Shown piece by piece: positions 8,996 to 17,507 of a DNA stretch of 36,061 nucleotides (position 1 is its first letter; each line of letters begins with the position of its first letter). The stretch covers positions 1 to 36,061 of the forward strand of contig CAYTOJ010000002.1 of NCBI GenBank assembly GCA_964439415.1, in the 5' to 3' direction. The notes beneath the pieces were generated by a model. It saw nothing but the letters and a program-made list of their open reading frames with translations. It was not told the origin of the DNA and made no database searches. This DNA is from an uncultured Rickettsiales bacterium (GTDB lineage Bacteria > Pseudomonadota > Alphaproteobacteria > Rickettsiales > CAZAGG01). Position numbers and translations under genes: made by a program.

Positions 8996-11900
8996 TTACT
9001 TTACCGTTTCGCTTAAGTTCTTATCTTTAAGCTGATTCTTCAGGGAATCCATATAACTGGTAACATTGGCGATGGAAGATGAAACTGTCCGGAAATTGCT
9101 GGCATTTACCTGATCCGCTATAGATGTAAAGAACTCAAGCTGCTGTTTTGCCGTTTCATTATCTACAGCAGGCAGATAACTACGCAGGAATTTCAGGCCT
9201 TCCGCGTCGCCACTGTAATTATAAGCAACTGATAATTTAAGCAGATTCTCAACATCAAACGCGCTTAGTTGCGATTTTTCGTCGGGCAGCGGCAGAATCG
9301 GTTTTAAATCGTTTACAACCGCTCCCCAGTTGCCTTGCCGCCAGTGAATTTCTGAGCGTAAGCGCCCTGCATCATCACCATTTAAGCCGCTTATTTCAGA
9401 GGCCGCTTCCTCATATTTATTCAAATCCATCAGCCCTTGCGCTTTCAATAGCCTGCGCTGGGTTATTACATCCTCCGGCAATGACGCATCCGTACTGTAA
9501 TCTATCGATTCTACCGCCAGTTCCGGGTGGCCATTCATAAGGTGCACTATTGCGAGGCGCGCCGCGACTTTTGCCTTCTCCACACCTTGCAGGCGGTACT
9601 TCACCTGGTGCGTGAGCAGGGCGGCGGCTCTATCCAGCAGTTCCATCCTGGTTAAGCGATCCGCCAGATTTCTAATCATCTCATCGCCTTCTGCGCCTAC
9701 GGGGGTGAGTTCACGGAACTCATAATAAAGTGTCAGAGCCTGAATCGGGGGCATTTTATCAGCTTGCCCTTTATTGAATATTTCAAGAAACAACTCGTTC
9801 ATACGCATCGCTGCCTGCTGACTCTCCTTTGTGCCGGGGTATGCACCCACTATGTGACGCATGGTCTCTAATGCATCCTTGTACTGGCCTTCTTCCTCCT
9901 CCAGTCTGGCGAGAAGTGGGAGTAATTTTACCTCAAAATCCGGCTCCCTCCATATATAACGCACAACTTCCAACTGTTTCAAAGCCTCATGCCTGGCAAT
10001 ACTGCCCTTATTCAGGCCGCTTTTGATTTTCTCAAGAGTGGCGCGTGCTCTGAACTCCCGGTCGGAAGCATCGGATATTAATTCCTCCCAGATATTCAGC
10101 GCCTTGGGGTAATTACTGCCAGCAATTGCAACTGAACCGGCAAATGTGGCGAGTTTGCCGTAATAGTCGCTATCTGATGTTAAAATGCCATTGGAACTCA
10201 ATTGCGCTAAATGCGCGTTGAGTGCGCTTGAATCCTCAGTTTCCAATATCCGCTTCAGAATTTTTGCGGCTATGCCATCTCTGATGTTCTCTGGGCAGGT
10301 TTTAAGTTTCTGCATAACCGCTGTTATGTCGTATGTAAGCTCTCCATGCCCGGATATATATCCCGCTAATCCCTCCAGTTCCTTATTGCCGCCTTCACTG
10401 AACAGCTTTTTTGCCTCATCGTATTTATCCATATAAAGGCTGGTTAGGCCCATTTTTTCATGCAGATTTTTCTGTTTGAGGAATTCCGGATACTCCTTAT
10501 TCAATCGCTCCAGTACTCCTAGCGATTCTCCCGCCCAGCCTCTATTGTGCAAGCCTTCCGCTAATTCAAGCAGTGCATTTGCTTTATCATGCGGTTTAGC
10601 CAGACCTATTTTTTGAACTAGTCTGGCTCTGAATTGTGTAATGCTTTCATCATGCGGCTCTTCTGGCGCGGCCTCCTCTTCTGCGCTTTCTGCGCTGCTA
10701 TTTCCGTGCGTAACTATAGCGGATGGATGATCCTGGCATTCCGAGCCGTTTTCCGCTCCATCACAATTTTTTTTTTCCGGTTGTTTTTCGGTTAGCTTTT
10801 CAGGCTTATGGCTTGCCTGATTATCATTATCGGCTGAAAAATATTCGCTGATGCCTTTCAGCAATAACCCTTGATCGGTGCTTTTTACCTGTATGTCTTC
10901 ATCTTTCAGTACCAGTACAACACCGCCCACGCTCTCCAGAACATTATAGGGCACATTGGCGATAGCACTGCTGATGCCGATTGAATGATTTTTAGCCAGA
11001 GCCAATACAATTTTCTCACCCGTAAGCGGGTCTGTGTAATCTGAAATAAAAGGCTCAGCGCCTGATGCGAACAAAACTTCATCACCACTGTGTTTAATCT
11101 CTATAGCTTGTGGTTTAAAAGAACTATCAGTAGCTTTTATAACAACCGATTTTTCATCTATAACCGCACGATAATCCCCATCACCAGGCGGTTGCGCCAG
11201 TATTTCCATATCGCCACTGGCCATGATGCGCTCCCAATCGTTCAGTTCCTTAGTTGTCTGATTCTCCTTCTGAGAATGCTTAATGGCTATGAACAGGCGG
11301 CCTTCCTTTCTGAAAGCTATCGCCCTGCCGTTATGGTTAATTGCGGTTTGCCAGGTCTGCTGGTCTGAATTTATATGATTTTCCTGCCCATCAGCAGGTT
11401 TTTCCGCCGGCTTTGGCGGATCTATTGCATGAGCCGATTCATCACCTGCCCTTGGGGTGATTGAACTCAGGATTTTTTCATCAGCACTTTGTGCTGGTTT
11501 TACGTTTATGATAACGCTGTTACCGTCCTGCGCCGCACTTATGGTTGAGGCTGCTTTTCTATCCAGATGCACTACAGTTTTGCCGCCTAAACTATTCGAA
11601 CTTAATGAATTCAGAACCGCGCCCGAGAAGGGCGGCAGAACTTCAACAGGCTCAATATCGGCCGCCTTGTTAAAAGTTATGGTTGCCGGGTTAGCCGCAT
11701 CATCCAGCTTGAACTGGGTAAGCTCCGGCCAGGCGTATATGATAACCGCACCACCGCCTTCATCAGGCTTGATTACTACCGGCACAGCCATCACGCGCCC
11801 TACCTCCGCCGCCTTATCAGCACTCACATGTACTGGTGCTGACGGTATGGATGGCGCAGGTGGGGATGGTGGTTGCACAGGCCTGATTATCTCAGAAGTT

Positions 11901-12484
11901 ATAGCAGGCTTTACTGCTTTTTTAGTGGTGTAGCTTTTATACTCCCCACCACTAAGGTGGCGGTGAGTATCCTCTTTATTTGACTGGGGGATACCCCCAG
12001 ACCCCCGCGCTGCGCGGGTCGCATCGCTCCCGATATACTCCACCACCTTTTCGTGGCGGAGCATATCTTGCGGCAGAGCCTTCTTAGGCGTATTTTTGAT
12101 TTCAGCTTTTTCCTGCACATCCTGCTGATTTATCTGACCGTTATATTTCACCAGGTCAAAGCCTGTTCCGCTGCTGCCGACAAAACGCCTGATTCTATAA
12201 CCCGGCTTCATAGTCATGATTATACCTGAGCCGTCATTACTTGCCTGGCTGTGTTCTATGGCCGACTCAAGCGATGCTTGCAGATTGCCCAGCGAAATAT
12301 CCTTCGGCGCAGCAAATTTTATAAAAATTCTATTGCCGTTCTGGCTGAATTTGTATGCCCCCCCGGTTATGCTGACTCTGGTGAAGCTGCCCATGTTCCT
12401 GGCCTCCACCCTGGCCTGATCTAATGCAAGCGCACCCCACGGCAGGAATGCAAAACAGGCTGCAAATAGAGTTATAATCCGCAT
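8996..12484 (-). CDS. Large secreted/periplasmic protein: two AMIN-like N-terminal modules, Pro-rich and acidic linkers, and a C-terminal TPR-like half of about 550 aa (function unknown)
   Basis: 1162 aa with a signal peptide (MRIITLFAACFAFLPWGALA). It has a Pro-rich linker (VQPPSPPAPSIPSAPV) and an acidic linker (SAESAEEEAAPEEPHDES). The C-terminal half is full of 34-residue-like helical repeats (A..LA.........A......L). The AMIN-like call is inferred from beta-strand patterning only. Confidence 0.6.
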   Translation of the reverse strand: MRIITLFAACFAFLPWGALALDQARVEARNMGSFTRVSITGGAYKFSQNGNRIFIKFAAPKDISLGNLQASLESAIEHSQASNDGSGIIMTMKPGYRIRRFVGSSGTGFDLVKYNGQINQQDVQEKAEIKNTPKKALPQDMLRHEKVVEYIGSDATRAARGSGGIPQSNKEDTHRHLSGGEYKSYTTKKAVKPAITSEIIRPVQPPSPPAPSIPSAPVHVSADKAAEVGRVMAVPVVIKPDEGGGAVIIYAWPELTQFKLDDAANPATITFNKAADIEPVEVLPPFSGAVLNSLSSNSLGGKTVVHLDRKAASTISAAQDGNSVIINVKPAQSADEKILSSITPRAGDESAHAIDPPKPAEKPADGQENHINSDQQTWQTAINHNGRAIAFRKEGRLFIAIKHSQKENQTTKELNDWERIMASGDMEILAQPPGDGDYRAVIDEKSVVIKATDSSFKPQAIEIKHSGDEVLFASGAEPFISDYTDPLTGEKIVLALAKNHSIGISSAIANVPYNVLESVGGVVLVLKDEDIQVKSTDQGLLLKGISEYFSADNDNQASHKPEKLTEKQPEKKNCDGAENGSECQDHPSAIVTHGNSSAESAEEEAAPEEPHDESITQFRARLVQKIGLAKPHDKANALLELAEGLHNRGWAGESLGVLERLNKEYPEFLKQKNLHEKMGLTSLYMDKYDEAKKLFSEGGNKELEGLAGYISGHGELTYDITAVMQKLKTCPENIRDGIAAKILKRILETEDSSALNAHLAQLSSNGILTSDSDYYGKLATFAGSVAIAGSNYPKALNIWEELISDASDREFRARATLEKIKSGLNKGSIARHEALKQLEVVRYIWREPDFEVKLLPLLARLEEEEGQYKDALETMRHIVGAYPGTKESQQAAMRMNELFLEIFNKGQADKMPPIQALTLYYEFRELTPVGAEGDEMIRNLADRLTRMELLDRAAALLTHQVKYRLQGVEKAKVAARLAIVHLMNGHPELAVESIDYSTDASLPEDVITQRRLLKAQGLMDLNKYEEAASEISGLNGDDAGRLRSEIHWRQGNWGAVVNDLKPILPLPDEKSQLSAFDVENLLKLSVAYNYSGDAEGLKFLRSYLPAVDNETAKQQLEFFTSIADQVNASNFRTVSSSIANVTSYMDSLKNQLKDKNLSETVK

Positions 12485-12662
12485 TTCTAATTTAATGACC
12501 GAACCTTCTGAATATACGATCAGCTTACCTGAATACTATTGTTCATTCAATTATCACTTAACATCCTGTAGATTTACTGAAAGCAACTTGTAATTATAAA
12601 CTTTTCCGGTATTTACTTTTGATAAGCTTAAAAATAAAAACAAAAAACAGTATGGGCGGCGC

Positions 12663-13391
12663 GTGATTATCATCAAAGATTTATCGCTTACATATCCCCA
12701 CGGTAAAACGGTTCTCAACAACATTTCGTTTTATCTTGCGCAAGGTTCGTTTTATTTCCTGACAGGTAAAAGTGGCGCGGGTAAAACCACCTTTCTTAAT
12801 CTGCTGTCGCTAAATCTCAGGCATAGTGAAGGGTATCTGGAAGTATTCGGTGAGAACGCCAGTACCATGCCGTCCAGCCGTCTGCCATATGTGCGCAGGC
12901 GCATAGGCATGGTGTATCAGGATTATCGTTTGCTGAACCACCTGAGTGTGGAGGAAAATATTGCATTGCCACTCAAAGTATCGGGGGAGAGTAAGAAGCA
13001 GATCCGGGAGAAATGTGAGGAAATAATGGCCTGGATCGGCCTTAAGGATTATCGGCATGAGCGGCCTGAAGTATTATCCGGTGGCCAGAAGCAGCGCGTC
13101 GCCATCGCCAGGGCAGTGATAAACAAGCCTGATCTTATAATTGCTGATGAGCCTACGGGGAATCTCGACCCTGCACTTGCACTGAAATTCATGCACCTGT
13201 TTGAAACCTTGCATAAGGACGGAGCCAGTGTGATTTTCGCCACGCATGATGAGAATCTTATATCCAAATTCAATCACCACAAGGTATTGCGTGTGCACGA
13301 TGGCAAAATAAGCGTAGCGAAGAAAACAACCAAAGCTTCCGCGCGCGCTGCGCAAGAAACCCACAATGAAAAAGTCGCTGAAACAGCTTGA
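12663..13391 (+). CDS. ftsE: Cell-division ABC ATPase FtsE-like (no adjacent ftsX)
   Basis: 242 aa with a GTG start. Walker A is GKSGAGKTT. It has the FtsE-typical [18 protein letters not shown], the signature [14 protein letters not shown], and Walker [13 protein letters not shown]. Confidence 0.75.
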   Translation: MIIIKDLSLTYPHGKTVLNNISFYLAQGSFYFLTGKSGAGKTTFLNLLSLNLRHSEGYLEVFGENASTMPSSRLPYVRRRIGMVYQDYRLLNHLSVEENIALPLKVSGESKKQIREKCEEIMAWIGLKDYRHERPEVLSGGQKQRVAIARAVINKPDLIIADEPTGNLDPALALKFMHLFETLHKDGASVIFATHDENLISKFNHHKVLRVHDGKISVAKKTTKASARAAQETHNEKVAETA

Positions 13392-13405
13392 GCCTTTATT
13401 GCTAC

Positions 13406-13825
13406 TTAATTTTCTGTATTTCTCACAAATCCTCGTAAGGCTACATCGTCCAGGAAGGCTTCTTCCGCCCTGGCGGTTTTTTCCATTTCCCTTTTATCCC
13501 TGTTCGTTTTTGCGATTTCCAGTTTTTTCAGCTCTGTGAAAGCCTGGTATATTTCCTCCTCAACGCTGGAAATCATATTGGCGTTTTCCTGCAAAGCCTT
13601 CTCCGCCGCCTGCCTTTTAATCGCCTGCAATTTAATAAAGCAGTTTAAGAAGGCCGCGTAGCTTAAATCATTCCCTGCAAGGCTGATTTCCCTTTCATTT
13701 TCCTCTTCAATCATGCGGATAGCCATCTCCAGGGTTTCCTGCTTATGCAGAAGCATCCCAAGCCTTTTGCGCCGCTCTTCCAGGTCGCTTTTTGCAAGTT
13801 TGATTAATGTCTTAATCCCACTCAT
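13406..13825 (-). CDS. Coiled-coil protein resembling alphaproteobacterial flagellar export chaperone FliJ (orphan)
   Basis: 139 aa, entirely helical. TLIKLAKSDLEERRKRL at the N-terminus and QAFTELKKLEIAKTNRDKREMEKTARAEEAFLDDVAL at the C-terminus match my recollection of the FliJ family pattern (..LI.LK...V...R..L ... AFEELKK.E...........E...LDE..L). Confidence 0.4.
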   Translation of the reverse strand: MSGIKTLIKLAKSDLEERRKRLGMLLHKQETLEMAIRMIEEENEREISLAGNDLSYAAFLNCFIKLQAIKRQAAEKALQENANMISSVEEEIYQAFTELKKLEIAKTNRDKREMEKTARAEEAFLDDVALRGFVRNTEN

Positions 13826-13838
13826 ATTCTTATTGTTC

Positions 13839-14210
13839 TTATTGGTTCAGAACGTCCGCACGGGTAGTTTCTACTATAGCTAGCGCTTCTGCGATTAAAT
13901 CATCAGCCACGCCTAACTCCTGCATGGCTGACTTAAGATGCATAGCAACCAGGTTAAAATGAATGTCCGTGAGGCCACCACTTTGCACCGCATTCTTATG
14001 AGCAGCGCGCAGTGATGCGCCGTTATAGCGGCTGTTACCACCGAAAGCGCAGGTTATAAATTCAATCTGGCTCAGGCGCAGCTTGTTGACATTTATATTT
14101 TCAAAAAAAGGCGCAAGAGATTCATCGGAAAGAATTTTATCATACATCTTCACAACTGCCGCACGCACGGCATTCTCGCCGCCAATTCTTTCAAATAGTG
14201 TATTGTTCAT
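13839..14210 (-). CDS. glbN: Group I truncated haemoglobin (trHbN-type 2-on-2 globin)
   Basis: The ORF runs 13839..14234. The likely start is M9 (ATG 14210, with AGGT 5 nt upstream), giving MNNTLFERIGGENAVRAAVVKMYDKILSDESLAPFF..., which is typical of trHb. Confidence 0.8.
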   Translation of the reverse strand: MNNTLFERIGGENAVRAAVVKMYDKILSDESLAPFFENINVNKLRLSQIEFITCAFGGNSRYNGASLRAAHKNAVQSGGLTDIHFNLVAMHLKSAMQELGVADDLIAEALAIVETTRADVLNQ

Positions 14211-14250
14211 ACTACCTGCACTAACTCTGGGCATTAATTCGTTAAATTAG

Positions 14251-14982
14251 TCAGCTTATTGCGGCCAGGAAAGCTTTTTCAAGGCCGCGCCCGGGGTTAT
14301 AAGTGCCAATAAAATCACCTGGTTTTCCGGTAAAAATAATGGATGTATCGTGGAGTATCGCTACGCGGTCACAAATTTCTTCCAGGTCAGCCAGAATATG
14401 TGAACTGAAGAAAATTGAGCCGCCGTTGTTACGGTAATTCAGCATCTCATTTTTCAGCAGAATTCTGGCTTTTGGGTCAAGCCCGCTCATCGGTTCATCC
14501 AGAATTAATAACCGCGCCTTGGATAACAAGGCGGACATAAGGCCAAGCTTTTGCCCCATTCCTTTGGAATACCTGCCAACACGGCTGCCGAGTGCTTCAG
14601 GATTCAAATCCAGCCTCCGCGCCATATCAATTATATCGTCATTTGCCGGGCTTACATTATGATATGCCGTCGCAAGTTTTATGAACTCAAAGCCTTTAAA
14701 ATAGATTGAAGGCGAGAATTTCTCCGGCAGGAAGCATATCCCCTCCCTGGCTTTATGGTCAGAAATATCCTGACCAAAAATTCTGCCGGAACCATTATCC
14801 GCATCAAGTAACCCCAGAATAATTTTTATCATGGTGGTTTTGCCCATGCCGTTCAAACCAATCAGGCCAAAAATCTCCCCCTGCTCTAATGTAATATTTA
14901 CATTATTCAGCACAGATCGGCCATCAAAAGCTTTACTGATGGAATCCAGTTGAAGTGGGCTAAGTACCGGGTTTTGATTCAT
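14251..14982 (-). CDS. ABC transporter ATP-binding protein (ABC-2 type), with no permease gene adjacent
   Basis: 243 aa. Walker A is GLNGMGKTT, the signature is YSKGMGQKL, Walker B is LLILDEP, and the H-loop is SSHIL. Confidence 0.85.
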   Translation of the reverse strand: MNQNPVLSPLQLDSISKAFDGRSVLNNVNITLEQGEIFGLIGLNGMGKTTMIKIILGLLDADNGSGRIFGQDISDHKAREGICFLPEKFSPSIYFKGFEFIKLATAYHNVSPANDDIIDMARRLDLNPEALGSRVGRYSKGMGQKLGLMSALLSKARLLILDEPMSGLDPKARILLKNEMLNYRNNGGSIFFSSHILADLEEICDRVAILHDTSIIFTGKPGDFIGTYNPGRGLEKAFLAAIS

Positions 14983-15081
14983 ACAACCTCAAAGTCATGT
15001 ATGGCATATCTGACATATATAATCTTACTTTATGGTTAACCTGGAGTTTTTTATCTGTTGTACTAACGCTACAACTTAAGG

Positions 15082-15878
15082 TTACCAGTCAAGCAGAAAA
15101 ATAAAATTACAGGCGATGTTGTCATTGGTGATATAGTAAGCAGAGGAAGCGGGGGCAGTTATAGTACTACCGGAAGTTTCGCATGAACCAACTGTGGGGT
15201 GCAGTGTTCTGGTTTTGCCTATTCCTGGAATACCATCATCAATTTTTTTATCTATATTGTAAGCATCTACCGGCTTAAGTGCTGATCCGTAAGTAACGGT
15301 AGTATCAACTTCTTTACCAAACCATATAAAATTACCATAATTACCATCCCAATATCCCGCAACGCCTGATCTTGTAGGATAGGAATAAAGCGTATACCCG
15401 GCCTTTGCTATAGCCTTGGATGCTGGAACATTAGTTCCTAATACCGAATGCCACGGGTTTCCTGCACCAGAAAGACCAGTATAAGTACCGGGATACAGCC
15501 CAGCCGCAGATAATTGTTTCCAAGCCTGATAACTTTCAGATGTTGCACCAGCAACTGCACCATATTCAATTAAATCATCCCCATCGCCATTGGTTTCGCC
15601 TGAGAGGTAAGTGGAGATGTTATAACAATCACCGGGAATGCAGTTGTATTTCAGGTAAAAAGTATTCATAGCGGTCATTATCTGTTCCCGCTCACTGATG
15701 ATTTTATTCAGCTTGGCCGCTTTTATCAAATCCGCCCCGGCCAGTATGCCACCCACTAATAATCCAATTATCACCAGAACGATGGAGAGTTCAACCAGAG
15801 TAAAACCGCTATTTTTCTGCTTGACAGACTCTAAAAGCTTGTCAGTCTGGCTTCTGGCTTCTGGCTTCTGGCTCTCAT
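15082..15878 (-). CDS. Type IV pilin / pseudopilin-like protein with a prepilin cleavage-methylation N-terminus. The 5' end is out of frame with the only upstream ATG.
   Basis: The track ORF 15082..15774 starts at a GTG inside the hydrophobic helix. The same frame stays open upstream to the TAA at 15891-15889 and encodes ...KQKNSG|FTLVELSIVLVIIGLLVGGILAG (GGT-TTT at 15807-15802), with no ATG/GTG/TTG before the motif. The ATG at 15878-15876 is in another frame and ends at TAG 15833-15831. The C-terminal domain carries pilin-like features (YNCIPGDC; IDKKIDDGIPGIGK; a C-terminal Cys pair). Confidence 0.75.
15845..15872 (-). repeat. Heptanucleotide tandem repeat: coding-strand (GCCAGAA)x3 + GCCAGAC, plus-strand gtctggc(ttctggc)x3
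   Basis: Direct reading of 15845-15872. The tract lies between ATG 15878 and the prepilin motif. The unit length of 7 is not a multiple of 3. Confidence 0.9.
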
Positions 15879-15888
15879 ATATGCACTT

Positions 15889-16860
15889 TTAATTGTTACT
15901 GTTTACCGCCGCGACCGCCTCGCGGGTGAGGTCTGAAGCCCTGCCTTCGTCTATATACAAAGTGCGGCCTGTGAATGTCTGGTTAGGGTGCAGCGAGAAA
16001 TATACTTTATTAGAATTGGGGTTTACAGCAACCACCCCATTTCTCTGCCCTATGGTATATCCGCCATTGCCCATATCTCTGGCATTAGCCCGCCATGCAG
16101 GGAAAATGGCGTTAACGTCCGAAGTATGCCACTCAAAATCCACCTGATTGCGCGAAACTTTTACTATTCTGACACCCTCTACCATATCGCCGGGTTTTAT
16201 CATTGTATCATTTATCCATATACTCCATGATCCAGGCGCAAAATAGGCGATGGAATTAAGATAGATAATCGGCGTGATTATATTTCTGGGAGCTTCAGGG
16301 GCTTTAGTGGTTGGTGATTGATTAAGCAGGGGAATACTGCCCAAGATTTGCGCGGCATCAGGCTTTGGTGCATTTGTATCCAGCTGCTGCTTTTTCCTGA
16401 TTTTCATTTCCTGCCCCAATCCCGCCGCTTCCCTTAGTTTTCTCAGCGTGATCTCATCGTACATTATACTGCCGCTATTCCAGATTGGGGTAGTAAAGAA
16501 AGATTTCTCACCAATACCATTATTCTTATCTGCAAGTACTGTCTCAGGCTGCCTTTTTGGCTTTTTCGCAATAGGCCAGCTTCTTATCTCATCTGTTTTA
16601 TCCTGATTGTTACCCCCCCCGAACAAATCCCCTATACTTGCATTAGCGGCGGATACGCAGCAACACAGTATAATAATTGAGGCAAGCAATGCTGATTTAT
16701 ATCCTCTATAAGACTTCTCTCGAAACTCGCTGCGGTGAGCAAAATGCGCGAAGCGAGCATCGCAGAAACGCAAGTGTACTTTTGGGTACATGCGGATTTG
16801 AGAAGCGCAGCGACAAGCGAGTTTGCCAGCGCAGTAGAGTTTGGAGAGAAGTCTGTTCAT
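15889..16860 (-). CDS. Secreted pilus-assembly accessory protein, PilP/GspC-HR/MshK-like by motif. The first ~57 codons of the maximal ORF are repeat-derived.
   Basis: The maximal ORF is 323 aa. ATG 16860 overlaps the upstream stop (ATGA). Codons 3-50 are encoded by the family-2 repeat (16711-16854). A native-looking start is TTG 16689, preceded by AGAGGA, and gives the signal peptide M-LASIIILCCCVSAANA. The motif WSIWINDTMIKPGDMVEGVRIVKVSRNQVDFEW resembles the PilP/GspC/GspB strand motif. Confidence 0.6.
   Translation of the reverse strand: MNRLLSKLYCAGKLACRCASQIRMYPKVHLRFCDARFAHFAHRSEFREKSYRGYKSALLASIIILCCCVSAANASIGDLFGGGNNQDKTDEIRSWPIAKKPKRQPETVLADKNNGIGEKSFFTTPIWNSGSIMYDEITLRKLREAAGLGQEMKIRKKQQLDTNAPKPDAAQILGSIPLLNQSPTTKAPEAPRNIITPIIYLNSIAYFAPGSWSIWINDTMIKPGDMVEGVRIVKVSRNQVDFEWHTSDVNAIFPAWRANARDMGNGGYTIGQRNGVVAVNPNSNKVYFSLHPNQTFTGRTLYIDEGRASDLTREAVAAVNSNN
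16711..16854. repeat. Family-2 inverted-repeat element, full copy (144 bp)
   Basis: The termini agacttctctcgaaactcgctgcg... and ...cgcagtagagtttggagagaagtct are inverted repeats. The core gcgaagcgagcatcgcagaaacgcaagtgtacttttgggtacatgcggatttgag recurs at 26521-26575. The right half recurs at 29676-29734. Confidence 0.9.
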
Positions 16861-17507
16861 GTACCCCCCGGAGCTGGTATAGCTGGATCAGGCGCAAATT
16901 TAAATGCCAGCAGGTAGAGTGAGAATTTACCATCCACCATGGCAATTTCATTATCCATGGATATCTGCCTGATATTATCTACGCTTGCCTGGGATTTTTT
17001 CAGAATTTCAGCCGTTCCCATAATCAGCAACCCTGGAAATTTTGCCTTAACGGCATCCAGGAACTTGAAAATACTTTCATCGCTGTAGGATGACATCTCA
17101 ATATCAACCTGGCTGAAAACCATGGATAGCATATTTCTTTTAAACTCAGGCGCCTGTAACTCAACTGGCTGTTTGATTTTTACCTTCAGCCCGGTGATGC
17201 TGTACACATCCTTGTTCTGCTCAAGTGCTTCCAGTAAAATATCGGATTTTATCGCGGATTCCCCATACTTCTCTTCGCTTAGTTTATTAAATAAATCTAT
17301 GTTTCCGCTAGCTTTTTTGCCTTCATCCTCAGCTTTTAATATTTTCGCGTTCAATTGCGCCAGAGCATTCTGTTTCTGGGTTTTATCCTCCTCAATTTTT
17401 GTTGCGTATGATGATACCCCCAGGTAAATGCCGCCAAACACGGCAAGCAGACTTATAAACACTACGGACTCTATAATAATCCTGCGGAGTAGTATTTTTA
17501 TTTTCAT
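16857..17507 (-). CDS. Bitopic membrane protein with PilO/GspM/MshJ-like architecture
   Basis: 216 aa. It has an N-terminal TM helix (VVFISLLAVFGGIYLGV), a coiled coil (EEDKTQKQNALAQLNAKILKAEDEGKK), then an alpha/beta domain of about 110 aa. Its start overlaps the upstream stop (TAATG at 17505-17509). Confidence 0.55.
   Translation of the reverse strand: MKIKILLRRIIIESVVFISLLAVFGGIYLGVSSYATKIEEDKTQKQNALAQLNAKILKAEDEGKKASGNIDLFNKLSEEKYGESAIKSDILLEALEQNKDVYSITGLKVKIKQPVELQAPEFKRNMLSMVFSQVDIEMSSYSDESIFKFLDAVKAKFPGLLIMGTAEILKKSQASVDNIRQISMDNEIAMVDGKFSLYLLAFKFAPDPAIPAPGGT

Noticed and set aside
16613-16620. Homopolymeric G/C runs in the pilus operon as additional phase-variation tracts: G8 on the coding strand at 16613-16620 in the PilP-like gene, G7 at 18155-18161 in the 617-aa gene, and G6 at 16864-16869.
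   Set aside because: Equivalent runs occur in housekeeping genes in the same window. There is a G7 at about 21316-21322 in rne, a C7 at 23613-23619 in tatA, and a G7 (coding strand) at 12358-12364 in the 1162-aa gene. All are in frame and encode Gly-Gly or Pro-Pro. They look like a genome-wide codon habit rather than a locus-specific switch. Only read-level length variation could revive the idea.
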